DNA from: Macrostomum lignano
Lineage: Eukaryota
Length of the DNA stretch: 64,000 nt
Direction of reading: 5' to 3'
NCBI GenBank assembly: GCA_002269645.1
Contig: NIVC01000928.1
Span: forward strand, 251,424 to 315,423
The position numbers were made by a program, and so were the translations under genes. Positions 1 to 11,500 of this stretch are shown here, one piece after another. The notes beneath the pieces were generated by a model, which was not told the DNA's origin, ran no database searches, and worked only from the letters and a program-made list of their open reading frames with translations. Every line of letters begins with the position of its first letter. The stretch's first letter is position 1.

Positions 1-2229
1 GAGTGAGGTAGGGTGAGGTAGAGTGAGGCAGAGTGAGGTAGAGTGAGGTAGAAAGAGGTAGAGTGAGGTAGAGTGAGGTAGAGTGAGGTAGAGTGAGGTA
101 GGGTGAGGTAGAGTGAGGCAGAGTGAGGTAGAGTGAGGTAGAGTGAGGTAGGGTGAGGCAGGGTGAGGCAGAGGGAGGCAGAGTGAGGTCGGGTGAGGGA
201 GAGTGAGGCAGAGTGAGGCAGAGGGACGCAGAGTGAGGTAGAGTGAGGCAGAGTGAGGCAGAGGGAGGCAGAGTGAGGCAGAGTGAGGCAGAGTGAGGTA
301 GAGTGAGGCAGAGTGAGGCAGAGGGAGGCAGAGTGAGGCAGAGTGAGGCAGAGTGAGGCAGAGTGAGGTAGAGTGAGAAAGGGTGAGGTCGGGTGAGGCA
401 GAGTGAGGTAGAGTGAGGTAGGGTGAGGTAGAGTGAGGCAGAGTGAGGTAGAGTGAGGTAGAGTGAGGTAGGGTGAGGTAGAGTGAGGCAGAGTGAGGTA
501 GAGTGAGGTAGAGTGAGGTAGAGTGAGGTAGAGTGAGGTAGAGTGAGGTAGGGTGAGGTAGAGTGAGGCAGAGTGAGGTAGAGTGAGGTAGAGTGAGGTA
601 GGGTGAGGCAGGGTGAGGCAGAGGGAGGCAGAGTGAGGTCGGGTGAGGGAGAGTAAGGCAGAGTGAGGCAGAGGGACGCAGAGTGAGGTAGAGTGAGGCA
701 GAGTGAGGCAGAGGGAGGCAGAGGGAGGCAGAGTGAGGCAGAGTGAGGTAGAGTGAGGCAGAGTGAGGCAGAGGGAGGCAGAGTGAGGCAGAGTGAGGCA
801 GAGTGAGGCAGAGTGAGGCAGAGTGAGGCAGAGGGAGGCAGAGTGAGGCAGAGTGAGGCAGAGTGAGGCAGAGTGAGGCAGAGTGAGGTAGGGTGAGGTC
901 GGGTAAGGCAGAGTGAGGTAGAGTGAGGTAGGGTGAGGTCGAGTGAGGCAGAGTGAGGTAGAGTGAGAAAGGGTGAGGTCGGGTGAGGCAGAGTGAGGTA
1001 GAGTGAGGTAGGGTGAGGTAGAGTGAGGCAGAGTGAGGTAGAGTGAGGTAGAGTGAGGTAGGGTGAGGTAGGGTGAGGTAGAGTGAGGCAGGGTGAGGCA
1101 GAGGGAGGCAGAGTGAGGTAGAGTGAGGTAGAGTGAGGTAGGGTGAGGTAGAGTGAGGCAGAGTGAGGTAGAGTGAGGTAGAGTGAGGTAGGGTGAGGCA
1201 GGGTGAGGCAGAGGGAGGCAGAGTGAGGTCGGGTGAGGGAGAGTGAGGCAGAGTGAGGCAGAGGGAGGTAGAGTGAGGTAGAGTGAGGCAGAGTGAGGCA
1301 GAGTGAGGTAGAGTGAGGCAGAGTGAGGCAGAGGGAGGCAGAGGGAGGTAGAGTGAGGCAGGGTGAGGTAGAGTGAGGGAGAGTGAGGCAGGGTGAGGCA
1401 GAGGGAGGCAGAGTGAGGGAGAGTGAGGCAGAGTGAGGCAGGGTGAGGTAGAGTGAGGGAGAGTGAGGCAGGGTGAGGCAGAGGGAGGCAGAGTGAGGGA
1501 GAGTGAGGCAGAGTGAGGCAGGGTGAGGTAGAGTGAGGTAGGTGAGGTAGGGTGAGGTAGAGTGAGGCAGGGTGAGGCAGAGGGAGGCAGAGTGAGGGAG
1601 AGTGAGGCAGAGTGAGGCAGGGTGAGGTAGAGTGAGGTAGGTGAGGTAGGGTGAGGTAGAGTGAGGCAGGGTGAGGTAGAGTGAGGCAGAGTGAGGCAGA
1701 GGGAGGCAGGGTGAGGTAGAGTGAGGTCGGGTGAGGTCGGGTGAGGTAGAGTGAGGTCGGGTGAGGTCGGGTGAGGTAGAGTGAGGTCGGGTGACGTAGA
1801 GTGAGTTCGGGTGAGGTAGAGTGAGGTAGAGTGAGGTAGGTGAGGTAGAGTGAGGCAGGGCGACGTAGAGTGAGGTAGAGTGAGGTAGGTGAGGTAGGTG
1901 AGGTAGAGTGAGGTAGAGTGAGGTAGGTGAGGTAGAGTGAGGCAGGGCGAGGTAGAGTGAGGTAGAGTGAGGTAGAGTGAGGTAGGTGAGGTAGAGTGAG
2001 GTAGGTGAGGTAGAGTGAGGTAGGTGAGGTAGGTGAGGTAGAGTGAGGTAGAGTGAGGTAGGTGAGGTAGGTGAGGTAGGTGAGGTAGAGTGAGGTAGGT
2101 GAGGTAGAGTGAGGTAGAGTGAGGTAGGTGAGGTAGAGTGAGGTAGGTGAGGTAGAGTGAGGTAGGTGAGGAAGAGTGAGGTAGAGTGAGGTAGAGTGAG
2201 GTAGAGTGAGGTAGAGTGAAGTAGAGTGC
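1..2229. repeat. 10-bp satellite (GAGTGAGGTA / GAGTGAGGCA) with 9-bp GGTGAGGTA variants appearing after ~1540
   Basis: Uninterrupted tandem array from the window start; lies in the calbindin intron downstream of exon 6. Confidence 0.98.
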
Positions 2230-2453
2230 AGGCTCATAAAATGAGTCTAAAGTCAGGTAAACAGTAAACCTTAATTATCACGACAAAAGCCCCGAACTCG
2301 AGCCAGACCCCGCCCCTCGAGTTGAGTCGGCGATTGCTGAAAAAATCGTTTCTTACAAAAAGTGAAAGCGCGTGCCAGGGAACTCGCCTGACTCCTATCA
2401 CATTTCCTGACCAATCTGTGCTGCTTCTATTGCTGAGAATAATTTGTACTTGC

Positions 2454-2531
2454 CATGGTGTCCGTGTACTCAATCAGCTTGTCCTCCGTCACAGGCTTGT
2501 CAGCTGAATCCAGGATGCTCTTGAGAAAATC
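2454..2531 (-). CDS. Cbp53E: Calbindin-like exon 6 (DFLKSILDSADKPVTEDKLIEYTDTM)
   Basis: ccgcag acceptor, 78 bp, followed by a non-canonical GCAAGT donor. Confidence 0.9.
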
Positions 2532-5500
2532 CTGCGGGTGGAGTTGAATAAAATCGGTGCATTATTGACTAATTGATCAGATGGATTGCTAATCTAGCCA
2601 ATGATAAAGAATAAAGAGTTGAATGGATTGCTAATCTAGCCAATGTTAAATATTAAAGAGTGGAATGGATTGCTAATCTAGCCAATGTTAAAGATTGAAG
2701 AGTGGAATGGATTGCTAATCTAGCCAACGTTAAAGATTACAGAGTGGAATGGATTGCTAATCTAGCCAATGTTAAAGATTACAGAGTGGAATGGATTGCT
2801 AATCTAGCCAATGTTAAAGATTACAGAGTGGAATGGATTGCTAATCTAGCCAATGTTAAAGATTGAAGAGTGGAATGGATTGCTAATCTAGCCAATGTTA
2901 AAGATTGAAGAGTGGAATGGATTGCTAATCTAGCCAATGTTAAAGATTGAAGAGTGGAATGGATTGCTAATCTAGCCAATGTTAAAGATTACAGAGTGGA
3001 ATGGATTGCTAATCTAGCCAATGTTAAAGATTATAGAGTGGAATGGATTGCTAATCTAGCCAATGGTAAAGATTACAGAGTGGAATGGATTGCTAATCTA
3101 GCCAATGTTAAAGATTGAAGAGTGGAATGGATTGCTAATCTAGCCAACGTTAAAGATTACAGAGTGGAATGGATTGCTAATCTAGCCAATGTTAAAGATT
3201 ACAGAGTGGAATGGATTGCTAATCTAGCCAATGTTAAAGATTACAGAGTGGAATGGATTGCTAATCTAGCCAATGTTAAAGATTATAGAGTGGAATGGAT
3301 TGCTAATATAGCCAATGTTAAAGATTGAAGAGTGGAATGGATTGCTAATCTAGCCAATGTTAAAGAATGAAGAGTCGAATGGATTGCTAATCTAGCCAAT
3401 GTTAAAGATTATAGAGTGGAATGGATTGCTAATCTAGCCAATGGTAAAGATTACAGAGTGGAATGGATTGCTAATCTAGCCAATGTTAAAGATTACAGAG
3501 TGGAATGGATTGCTAATCTAGCCAATGTTAAAGATTAAAGAGTGGAATGGATTGCTAATCTAGCCAATGTTAAAGATTAAAGAGTGGAATGGATTGCTAA
3601 TCTAGCCAATGTTAAAGATTAAAGAGTGGAATGGATTGCTAATCTAGCCAGTGTTAAAGATTACAGAGTGGAATGGGTTGCTAATCTAGCCAATGTTAAA
3701 GATTAAAGAGTGGAATGGATTGCTAATCTAGCCAATGTTAAAGATTAAAGAGTGGAATGGATTGCTAATCTAGCCAATGTTAAAGATTAAAGAGTGGAAT
3801 GGATTGCTAATCTAGCCAATGATAAAGAATAAAGAGTGGAATGGATTGCTAATCTAGCCAATGATAAAGAATGAAGAGTGGAATGGATTGCTAATCTAGC
3901 CAATGATAAAGAATGAAGAGTGGAATGGATTGCTAATCTAGCCAATGATAAAGAATGAAGAGTGGAATGGATTGCTAATCTAGCCAACATGGATGAGGGG
4001 ATATATAGGCCTGGAGTAATTATTTACTTAAGTCATAAGAATCTAGAAGAGAAGACAGCACAGCACTTGGGCCCAAAGTCAGAAAAACTGTTCCATACCT
4101 TCAGTTCGTCAGCCTCAATGAAGCCAGAGTTGTCCTTGTCGAACTGTTTCCAGATCTGCAATTAAAACAAGCGACCAGTGCTGATAAAGAAGATTTTATT
4201 CTCAGAAAGCCGAGAGGCTTCTGTTTCCGACAGGTTCTGAAAAATTCCCCGTAAAGAACCGCTTTTAAGGCGATGCGCATTTTGGGAAATTTCACCAGAA
4301 GATTTCCAGCTCAGATCTGGTTAAACTATATTTAGAACTGAGAATTTTGCTTCCAATGAATTTGAACTACGCTAAAATAACAATTTTAAGCTGAGCTGAA
4401 GAACCATAATGGAAACACTCCGACCACGTCCATATTAAAGTACTTTTGCCTTAAGAAGTCAGGGGTTTAGAGCAAGTCTTGGGGCAGATTGGAGTTGCTT
4501 GATGAAAATAAAATGGGGTGTACAAGTAGAGTGAGGGGTAAGATGACTGGGGGTAAGAGGGCAGAGAGTGAGGGGCCGTTATTGGGGTAAGGTGTAAGAG
4601 GGGTAGAGGGGAAGAGAGTGAGGGGCCGTGATTGGGGTAAGGGGTGAGAGGGGTAGAGGGGCAGAGAGTGAGGGGCCGTGATTGGGGTAAGGGGAAAGAG
4701 GGGTAGAGGGGCAGAGAGTGAGGGGCCGTGATTGGGGTAAGGGGTAAGAGGGGTAGAGGGGCAGAGAGTGAGGGGCCGTGATTGGGGTAAGGGGTAAGAG
4801 GGGTAGAGGGGCAGAGAGTGAGGGGCCGTGATTGGGGTAAGGGGTAAGAGGGGTAGAGGGGCAGAGAGTGAGGGGCCGTGATTGGGGTAGGGTAAGAGGG
4901 GTAGAGGGGCAGAGAGTGAGGGCCGTGATTGGGGTAAGGGGTAAGAGGGGTAGAGGGGCAGAGAGTGAGGGGCCTTGATTGAGATAGAAAGGTTAAAAAG
5001 CAGTCAATTTCTATACCGAATCTCATGTAATGCACCTGATTTAATAAGACAACCCAGCCTACCTGAAAATACTTATGACCCGCCCACTTGCACGCCTATT
5101 TTATTTTATTTGCTTTTCTACAAACTTTTCTGCTCCATAGCAACGCGCAGACGGTTTATCCAGCTGATGCTCTGCTGAGAACTAGACTGCATTAAATTGA
5201 TGACCAAGTATGTAATTAATAGTCTGTGGTTGCATTCTTGACCGGGAACTGAGTAAGGGAGTTGCTAGGCGGACAGACACAACACGCAAAGCTGGCTGCA
5301 AAGTGATGTATGGAGCTGAGCACTGAATCAGCTAGGGCGATGGGGCGGCGGTGTAATGAGCTGATGCTGAGCTGCCCCAGCTGGGAGGCTGGTGAGACTT
5401 GGCTGCTGTGTAGTGCCATTTTCATGTGTGCGGCTTTGAGAGCGCATTCTGGGCTGAGGGATTGAATTCAAGCTTAGAGAGACTGTCTGTGAGTGGGTGG

Positions 5501-8500
5501 GGTGAGACAATGAGAAACATGGAGAAAGTAGTTGTAGTAGAAACAGAGAGATTGGAGAGAGGGGAGAGAGGATAGAGAGAGGGGAGAGGGGGAGAGGGGA
5601 GAGAGGGGAAGAGATGAGGAGAGAAAGGAAAGAGAGGGGAAGAGAGGGGAAGAGAGGGGAAGAGAGGGTAAGAGAGGGGAAGAGAGGGGAAGAGAGGAGA
5701 AGAGAGGGTAAGAGAGGGGAAGAGAGGGGAAGAGAGGGGAAGAGAGGGGAAGAGAGGGGAAGAGAGGGGAAGAGAGGGGAAGAGAGGGGAAGAGAGGGGA
5801 AGAGAGGGGAAGAGAGGGGAAGAGATGAGGAGAGAAAGGAAAGAGAGGGGAAGAGAGGGGAAGAGAGGGGAAGAGAGGGGAAGAGAGGGGAAGAGAGGGG
5901 AAGAGAGGGTAAGAGAGGGGAAGAGAGGGGAAGAGAGGGGAAGAGAGGGGAAGAGAGGGGAAGAGAGGGGAAGAGAGGGGAAGAGAGAGGAAGAGAGGGG
6001 AGAGACGCGGTAGCGGGTGCAAGACAGGGGAGACAGGAGAGGAGGAGCAGGCTGATGAGGCTGTGCAGAAAAAAGCATTTGCAAGTCACTGAGTGAACTG
6101 GCGAGGAAGTTGCGGGCACCTCAATTTAGATGGCAGGGAAAATGAGAAAACTTGTCGCCTGTCCGACCCCTCAGTTTCAGCCAGCATGCAGACACACGCG
6201 GCGGGGTGCCCTGGGGAACAAAGGGATGCCCCGCTCCCAGAAAGTTTTCCCAGATGCTCTGGTGGTCTCAAGTGTGCATCTGGTTGTTTATGCTGGCCAG
6301 AATTGCTGAGACAGGAGCTGCGGCAGTACTTGATGCTGGGAACTTGGAGGCAGAGGGTGAATTCCCGGCATAACCCCGGCTCCGGAAGCCGCTACCAGCT
6401 GCAGGGGGGGGGGGCAACAATGCTTCTGTTGTGAAGGCGTGACGGGGTTTGACACAATCTGAGCTGAGGCCAGCAAGCTTTGCCTGAACTGGCTGGCTCT
6501 CAGGAAGCCTTGGAGGCCGGCCGTTGTGGAAGTTTTGAACTTTTCTGTCAATAATGTGGTTATGATGCATGCTTGGAACGAGAGGCTCTCTGGGTTTCCC
6601 GTTTTAACAAGGGCTCAGACTGCACTTCTAGCTGCTTTGTATAACTTGCTGAACACTTTAAAGAACTTGAAATTCATATTTACTTTTTATGCATTACCCG
6701 CACGTAACACCCAAGCATAACACCTCAAACACCAAGCATAACGCCTCGAACACCCAAGCATAACACCTCAAACACCAAGCATAACACCCCGAAAACCCAA
6801 GCATAACACCTCAAACACCAAGCATAACACCCCGAAAACCCAAGCATAACACCTCAAACACCAAGTATAACACCCCGAAAACCCAAGCATAACACCTCAA
6901 ACACCAAGCAAAACACCCCGAAAACCCAAGCATAACACCTCAAACACCAAGCATAACACCCCGAAAACCCAAGCATAACACCCCGAAAACCCAAGCATAA
7001 CACCTCAAACACCAAGCATAACACCTCGAACACCCAAGCATAACACATCGAACACCCAAGCATAACACCTCGAACACCCAAGCATAACACCTCGAACACC
7101 CAAGCATAACACCTCGAACACCCAAGCATAACACCTCGAACACCCAAGCATAACACCTCGAACACCCAAGCATAACACCTCGAACACTTACGCGCATGAA
7201 CTCCACGCTGGAATCCACAGGATTGTTGCGTCGGAACAGAAGCAGAAAGTTTTCTTCAGTTGGCAGAATTTGGGAAAGCTTGAAAATTAGAATAAAGTGG
7301 CAAATTAATATTATAAGTAGATAAGCTATCATAGCAGTTAATTTAGTTCAAGAACTCATGCTGTCTCACTTCTCCAATCTCGATCTTGCCGTCAAGGTTT
7401 TCATCGAAGGCCTCCATAAAGTCCTTCTTCATCTGGGCCATGGCTGTCTCAGAAACCACCTGTTTAAAAGTTATTTTTATCAGGTGCTACTTCAGAATTC
7501 ACCTAGTAGGTAGTATTAAACTTGTGCTTTTACAGCCTTTATATGAATAGTATCAAGATTTGCAGTATCCCATGAGGGCCAAAGCTTCCCATGAGGGCCA
7601 GTGTGAGCGTCATAAGCTTGCAGCAGGAGCCACAGTCTCTGGTCTGAACGTCTGGGGTTAGGGCCATAGACACTAACTTCTGCTGCTAATTCTTAAGAGC
7701 AGCAGAAGCTACAGTCTATGGTCTGAACCCCGGGGTTTGGGCCATAGACACCAGCTACTGCTGCTAATTCTTAAGAGCAGCTGAAACTACAGTCTCTGGT
7801 CTGAACCCCGGGGTTTGGGCCATAGACACCAGCTGCTGCTGCTAATTCTTAAGAGCAGCTGAAACTACAGTCTCTGGTCTGAACCCCGGGGTTTGGGCCA
7901 TAGACACCAGCTGCTGCTGCTAATTCTTAAGAGCAGCTGAAGCTACAGTCTCTGGTCTGAACCCCGGGGTTTGGGCCATAGACACCAGCCGCTGCTGCTA
8001 ATGCCCATCTATGTGACTAAGAAAAACCCAGTGTCGCGTCTTTCTGCTTCAGCTGTTCATGGTGAGTGCAGTGGAAGTTTCCACCAATTCAAAGAACTGA
8101 AACATCTGTGTGACAGTCGCTCACCTCATTGCCAGCATCCTCAGACACCACGGAGGAAATGAACTCGTGAAGGAACTCGTCCAGTTCAGCGCCCTCGATG
8201 AAGCCGTTGCCTGAGCAGGGCGGGAGGGCAGTTTCACAGCAATTGAGAGCTCGGACGCCCATAATGGTTATGGCTGGTAATTTATTCATCAATGAAGATT
8301 GACGCATGAACTCCTCCCTGTCTCAGGGATAACAATGGAGCTCAACTTCCTTTAGCGTTATAGAGATGCAGGTTAGGGGCTCAATGTGAGAATTGGGCTG
8401 GATTATGCTGCATTGGGATTAATTCATGCTTCTCAGCTCAGGACAGGCGCTCCCTTATCAGCATGGAAGGGAATTCTCTCGAATGTCAAGAGACTGTGGG

Positions 8501-11500
8501 TTGCATCGTAAAATGCAAATCCAACTGTGGCAGCTGGGCAACCCCCGCCCCAGACGCCAGTGAATTGTAAATTTCCCCATTCTGCATTCTCCCATCTGAA
8601 ATTTTATTCTGTAAAACTGAATCCAAGACAGGAGAGTCGCAACAGCTGAACTTTCGAAAAGTTCATCGGGTGCACTTTTTCGCTCCTTGCACTGCGGTAG
8701 CCTGTACAAGAAAATTGCACTATCAATCAAGCTCGGTCTCAGAGACCCTGTGCACCATTTCACTTCTTTGAAGTTTCTTTTCACCCTATAAAAGATTTTC
8801 CAAGCAGCGACAAGCTGCAATTCTGAAAATTTGAATGCGGAATTCCACCTGGGCATCCGGGAAATGAAATAAATGTCAGCATGCGAACATTTGCTTCTTA
8901 ATGTCTTGCAGTCTCCATCGGGATGAAGGATGCGATGAACTTGAAGGAGTGGGTCAGACAGCATCCTGTGCATCCGGTATTCGTTTTGCCCCCTCGGCTG
9001 GCCTGACACTGCAGACGGGACGGCAGCTGCACTTCTGCCTCTCTGTGTGCTCCCGTGCCGCAATGAAGATAATGTTAGATGAGATTAGATGAGATTAGAT
9101 AAGATTAGATAGGACTAGATCAGATCAGATTAGATTAGATTAGATTAGATTAGATTAGATTAGATAGGACTAGATCAGATCAGATTAGATTAGATTAGAT
9201 TAGATTAGATTAGATTAGATTAGATTAGATAGGACTAGATCAGATCAGATTAGATTAGATTAGATTAGATTAGATAGGACTAGATCAGATCAGATTAGAT
9301 TAGATTAGATAAGAAGAGATATGACAGGATGAGATGAGATTAGATTAGATGAGATTAGGCGGGACTAGATCAGATTAGATTAGATTAGATAAAATAAGAT
9401 TATATGAGATTATATGAGATAAGACAGGATGAGATTAGATAAGATAAGATTAGATCAGACTAGATCAGATCAGATAAGACAATATACAATAGACAATAGA
9501 TTGGATTAGATGAGATTATATGAGATTAGATGAGATAAGATTAGATCAGACTAGATCAGATCAGATAAGACAATATACAATAGATTGGATTAGATGAGAT
9601 TAGATGATATAAGACAGGATGAGATTAGATGAGACTAGAACGTAGATTCGCAGGGCGAGTTGCTGGGGAACCGGGACCTTAACGCCCCCCCCCCCCGCCA
9701 GACCAATTTGCCCATCGACCCGGCCGCAATCAACTTGTTGCTTGTTGCAAAGCAGAGATCGGGGAGATCAATAAATTTGAGAGAGACTCGCGACACTCGA
9801 TCGATCGATAATTTGGAGGCTCTCTGCGATTTGAAATATTCATGCTGCAGCCATTTCAGGCGATGCTTCTGCGGAGAGATTGAGGAACTTATCTGCTTTT
9901 TAGATAAACAGCTAGAGTGAAAAAGCAACAGGATTTCCTGAGCTGTGATGACTTCAATTCGATAGAATTTTTTGGTGCGTTCCTATTTCTGTAGCCTTGA
10001 TTTGCTCGGACCCCAACTGGCCACTGCCAAATTGTTTCTGGGGAGAGGGAGTCTGGGGAGAGCTCCATCTTCCTCTTAATCAATCTCCATCACCCTCTCT
10101 CCCTCTCCTTCTCTCTTCCCCTCTCCCCCTCTCCCCCTCTCTCCCCTCTCTCCCTCTCCTTCTCTCTCCCCCTCTCCCCCTCTCCTTCTCTCCCCCCTCT
10201 CCCCCTCTCCCCCTCTCCCCCTCTCCCCCTCTCCTTCTCTCTCCTTCTCTCTCCCCCTCTCCCCCCTTTCCCTCTCCCCTCTCCTTCTCTCTCCTCCTCT
10301 CTCCCTCTCCCTTCTCCCTTTCTCTGCCTCTCTCCCCGTCTCTATTTTATTTTTTATTAGAGGCAGGGGGGTTGTGTGCACCCTGGCGCACTTTAAGCGA
10401 CATAGGCACACAACCGGCGAGAGGCATTACTGCCCATTCCGCCGACTCCCCTGAGCAGGCAGACAAGCGCGCGGATACGTACGCAGGCACACACTCACAC
10501 AGGAGTGTACAGCGGCCCTAACTTTATATTATCGTTAGGCATGTACACTTCACTGCGCCTTGGGGGGGGGGGTTGGCTCTCAAGGCCGCTACTTGCACGA
10601 GCAGAGCCAAGCCGAGATTCCAATTCAGCCCCAAATTAATGTGACTGCACTTGGAATCGAGCCTGGGTCGCTGGCACACCAGAGCAGCTGCGCTACCGCT
10701 GGGCTACGGCCCCCCCTCCTCGTCTCTCTCTCCTCCTCCATCCTCCATCTCCCTCTACCTCTCCCTCTACCTCTACTTCTCTCTCCTCACTTTCTCCACT
10801 CTTTTCCTTTCATTTCATTCCCCACCCTCATCTCCCCAGGCACTTCAATCTCCCAGCTTCTTCCGCATCCACAAAATCCGACCTCCATCTAATCTCATTC
10901 CCGCTTTTCCTCAAACGGCCGCACTTCTCTCCCACTCTCTTATCTCTGAGCCCCGCCAGCTCAACAAGATAAATCCTGAGCAGCCATGCCATGTAGGAAT
11001 CTTTTTCTCAGCCCACGGCAGCTGTCAGAAAGTGAAGCCTCCACAGCCCTGTGCCGCCTGATATTTGCAGCACGGGATGTTTTCATTGCTGCAACAGCTG
11101 GCGTCTTCTTCTCCCGCGCACTCTTTGACAGTTTGGCCGTGCGAAAAAGCACTTCACTTTAACTTTTTCGATATCCGACTGCTGCGGACTGCCCGGGGAC
11201 CTCGGCAAATGTCAAGCCGCTAGCTGTGTGCCTCAAAGCACGGCCCGCCTGTCTGCCCAGACAGACCCATTGTGTATTAAATTCGAGGGACAAAAATTTG
11301 CACCTGTCATTTCGGATGCGAAGGCAATGGTGGGTGCTGCTTGATGGCGACGGCAAGTTTACTGTGCATTTTAAAAAAGTTTAGTATTTTTTTCGGTCAG
11401 GTAACAGAGTTACTGTGAAGCATGCAGACAGACAAAAATCCGGGTTCCAGACCTCATGGGGTCTGTCACAAAATCCCACATTTAATTCTCATGCGTGCAC

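Noticed and set aside
1-2229. G-rich array at the window edge as a telomere
   Set aside because: The unit is not TTAGGG-like, and the array lies within the calbindin gene, which must continue beyond it.
2580-3990. 30-45-bp arrays (here, 15271-16025, 24625-25680, 36985-38430) as CRISPR arrays
   Set aside because: Units are head-to-tail with no unique spacers, there are no cas genes, and the context is eukaryotic introns.
6093-6570. Overlapping short ORFs, one with a hydrophobic MLWWSQVCIWLFML stretch
   Set aside because: No motif or exon structure; consistent with chance ORFs in GC-rich intron sequence.
8458-9063. 201-aa non-repetitive minus-strand ORF in calbindin intron 1
   Set aside because: No recognisable domain, no clear splice context, unremarkable composition. 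A nested gene cannot be excluded without RNA data.
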